This document shows positions 61,880 through 64,000 of a stretch of 64,000 nt of DNA, piece after piece. Origin of the DNA: the human T2T-CHM13v2.0 reference genome, Homo sapiens. Each line of letters starts with the position of its first letter. The stretch's first letter is position 1. The DNA is taken from assembly GCF_009914755.1 (NCBI RefSeq), contig NC_060943.1, one strand, 5' to 3'. The notes beneath the pieces are model-generated. The model made no database searches. It was given only the letters and a program-made list of their open reading frames with translations, and was not told where the DNA came from. Made by a program: the position numbers and the translations under genes.

Positions 61880-63560
61880 TACAAATGTAACACAAAGTGA
61901 CAATTTACGCTTTACAAAACACCACAAAGCATTGTTGAAAGTTTTAAACGCCTAGATTGGAAAGATAATTCACGTTCTTGGATTGGAATACTTACTGTTG
62001 TTAAGATGGCAGTGCCCCCCAAATTGATCTACAGATTCAACACATTCCCTCTCAGAATCCCAGGAGGAGTTTTTGCAGAAATTGACAAGCTAATCCTGAA
62101 ATTCATATGGAAACTCAGGGGACTCAGAATAGCTACAACAATCTTGAAAAAGAAGAGTAAAGTTGGAAGACTCACACTTTCCAATTACAAAACTTACTAC
62201 AAAGCTATAGTAATCAGGACAGTGTGATACTAGCAGAAGAATTGACATAAACCCATGGAATAGAATTGAGAGAGAGAAATAAACCTGCACAAGAAATGGT
62301 CAATTAATTTTCAACAAGGGTGTGAAGATAACTAAATGGAGAATTAATGGTGTTTTCAACAAATGGTGCAGGAATAACTGATACCGACATGCAAAAGAAT
62401 GAAGTTGAGCCCCTTCCTCTCACTGTACACACTAACTCAAAGTGAATCACAGACCTAAGTGTAAGAGCTAAAACCAAAACTTTTAGAAGAAAACATAGTA
62501 ATAACTCTTCCTGACCTTGGAGTAGCACAAACCTTAGATACAATACCAAAAGCACAAGTGACTTTTACAAAAACAGATTAATTGGACTTCATCAAAATTA
62601 AAACTGTTGTACTCAAAAGTGTGCTATTAGGAAAGTAAAAAGACAACCCATAGAACGAGAGAGAATATTTGCAATCATATATCTGATCAGGAACTCCAGA
62701 ATATATGAAGAACTCTTATAACTCTTTCAATGATAAAATAGCAAAGGATTTGGGTAGATATTTCTCCAGGTAAGATACATAAATGTCCAATAAACACAGG
62801 AAAAGATGCTCAGCGTCATTAGCTATCAGAGAAATGCAAATCAAAACCACAAGCAGATACCACTTTACACCCACTTGGATGGCTAAAATTAAAAAACAGA
62901 GACAAATGTCGCGGATGTGAAGAAATCAGAACTCTCATACATTGATGATGATGGGATTATAAGATGGTGTAGTCACTTTGAAAAACAGCATTTCCTCAGC
63001 ATTTCTTGATTTTAATATAGAGTTACCATATGATTTAGCAATCCCACTCCTAGATACATACCCAAGAGAAATGAAAACATATCCATGCAAAAATGTTTGT
63101 ATATGAATATTCATAGCAGTGTGATTCATAGCTACAAAGTGGAAACCACCCGAATGCCCATATCCCTTCCATAAACAGTGTAGTCCGGCTGTGCAATAAA
63201 TAGTGTTCAGCAATAAAAAAGAATGTTGATACATGGTGCAACATGGATGAAACTTGAGAACACCATGCTAAGTAAGAGAAGATAGCTAAAAAGACTGCAC
63301 TTTATTCCATTTCTGTGAAATGTCCAGAATATGCAAATCTGTAGAGAACAGTACATCAGTGGTTGCCAGAGCTGGGGGTAGGGGATGATGGAGAGTGATG
63401 GCTAGTGGATATGGGTTTCTTTCGAAGTGATGAGAATGTCATAAAATTAGACTGAGGTGAGAGTTGCACAACTCTATGAATATACCAAAAATCATGAAGC
63501 ACACTTTAAATGGGTGAATTTGATGGTATATGAATTATATCAACTAATAAAACTGCTAAG
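61880..63560 (+). mobile_element. L1MB ORF2 C-terminal part and 3' end
   Basis: ORF 62006-62227 (PKLIYRFNTFP..EIDKLILKFIWK); ends with AATAAA about 63546. Confidence 0.85.
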
Positions 63561-64000
63561 AAGGAAAAACTCTTCCTTCTCTAACCAGTAATTGTACTCA
63601 GGGATTTATCCCTAAGGAAATGTTTTTATTCATCAGTTCCTCCAATGTTTATTAAGTGCCGCTCTTCTAGTGTGTATTCTTTAAGGTGCTGGGGATACAG
63701 CAGTGAACAAAATATGTAACTAATCAGACAATTCGGTTAGGAATTCTGAGAATCAGACCTGAAAAAAATTTTTAAAGAGATGTTCACAATGTTAATAAAA
63801 AGCCAGAAACACCTAAATGGTCCAGTGGCAAACAAATTATGGCATATGGTGGAATGTTACATAACCATTTAAAATTTAAGTTTTCACAGAATAGTCACTG
63901 ATGTGAGAAAGTGATATGGTAGGATGTGAAGGATGTAAAATCCTGTATATGAAATACTATATACTGCTGTGAAATCAATATTATTTCTTTAGGTAATGGT

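Overview
Alu-dense primate (almost certainly human) genomic DNA containing the 5' half of DPY19L3 (protein C-mannosyltransferase) on the + strand. The gene has a CpG-island promoter at about 17.7-19.0 kb, two candidate non-coding first exons and seven coding exons (20911-52577). These splice with GT-AG and consistent phases into 285 codons, and the gene continues beyond the window. From recalled (unverified) human gene order, the first ~320 bp should be the 3' end of ZNF507, and 2.7-18.2 kb should host a divergent lncRNA (DPY19L3-DT) on the - strand. The rest is transposon-derived: about 60 Alus, L1/L2/MIR fragments, ERV1 and MaLR solo LTRs, and Tigger/MER/MADE1 DNA elements, several of them nested. 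Almost all ORFs in the supplied track are repeat artefacts. I found no clearly new biological system. The best leads are uORFs at the DPY19L3 start, inverted Alus bracketing exon blocks (including a stop-free 618-nt exon 4-8 circle), a short intron-3 read-through isoform, a three-hairpin element near 0.9 kb, a template-switch scar and a bipartite 26-bp repeat flanking exon 7. Repeat boundaries and subfamily names were judged by eye and are approximate.
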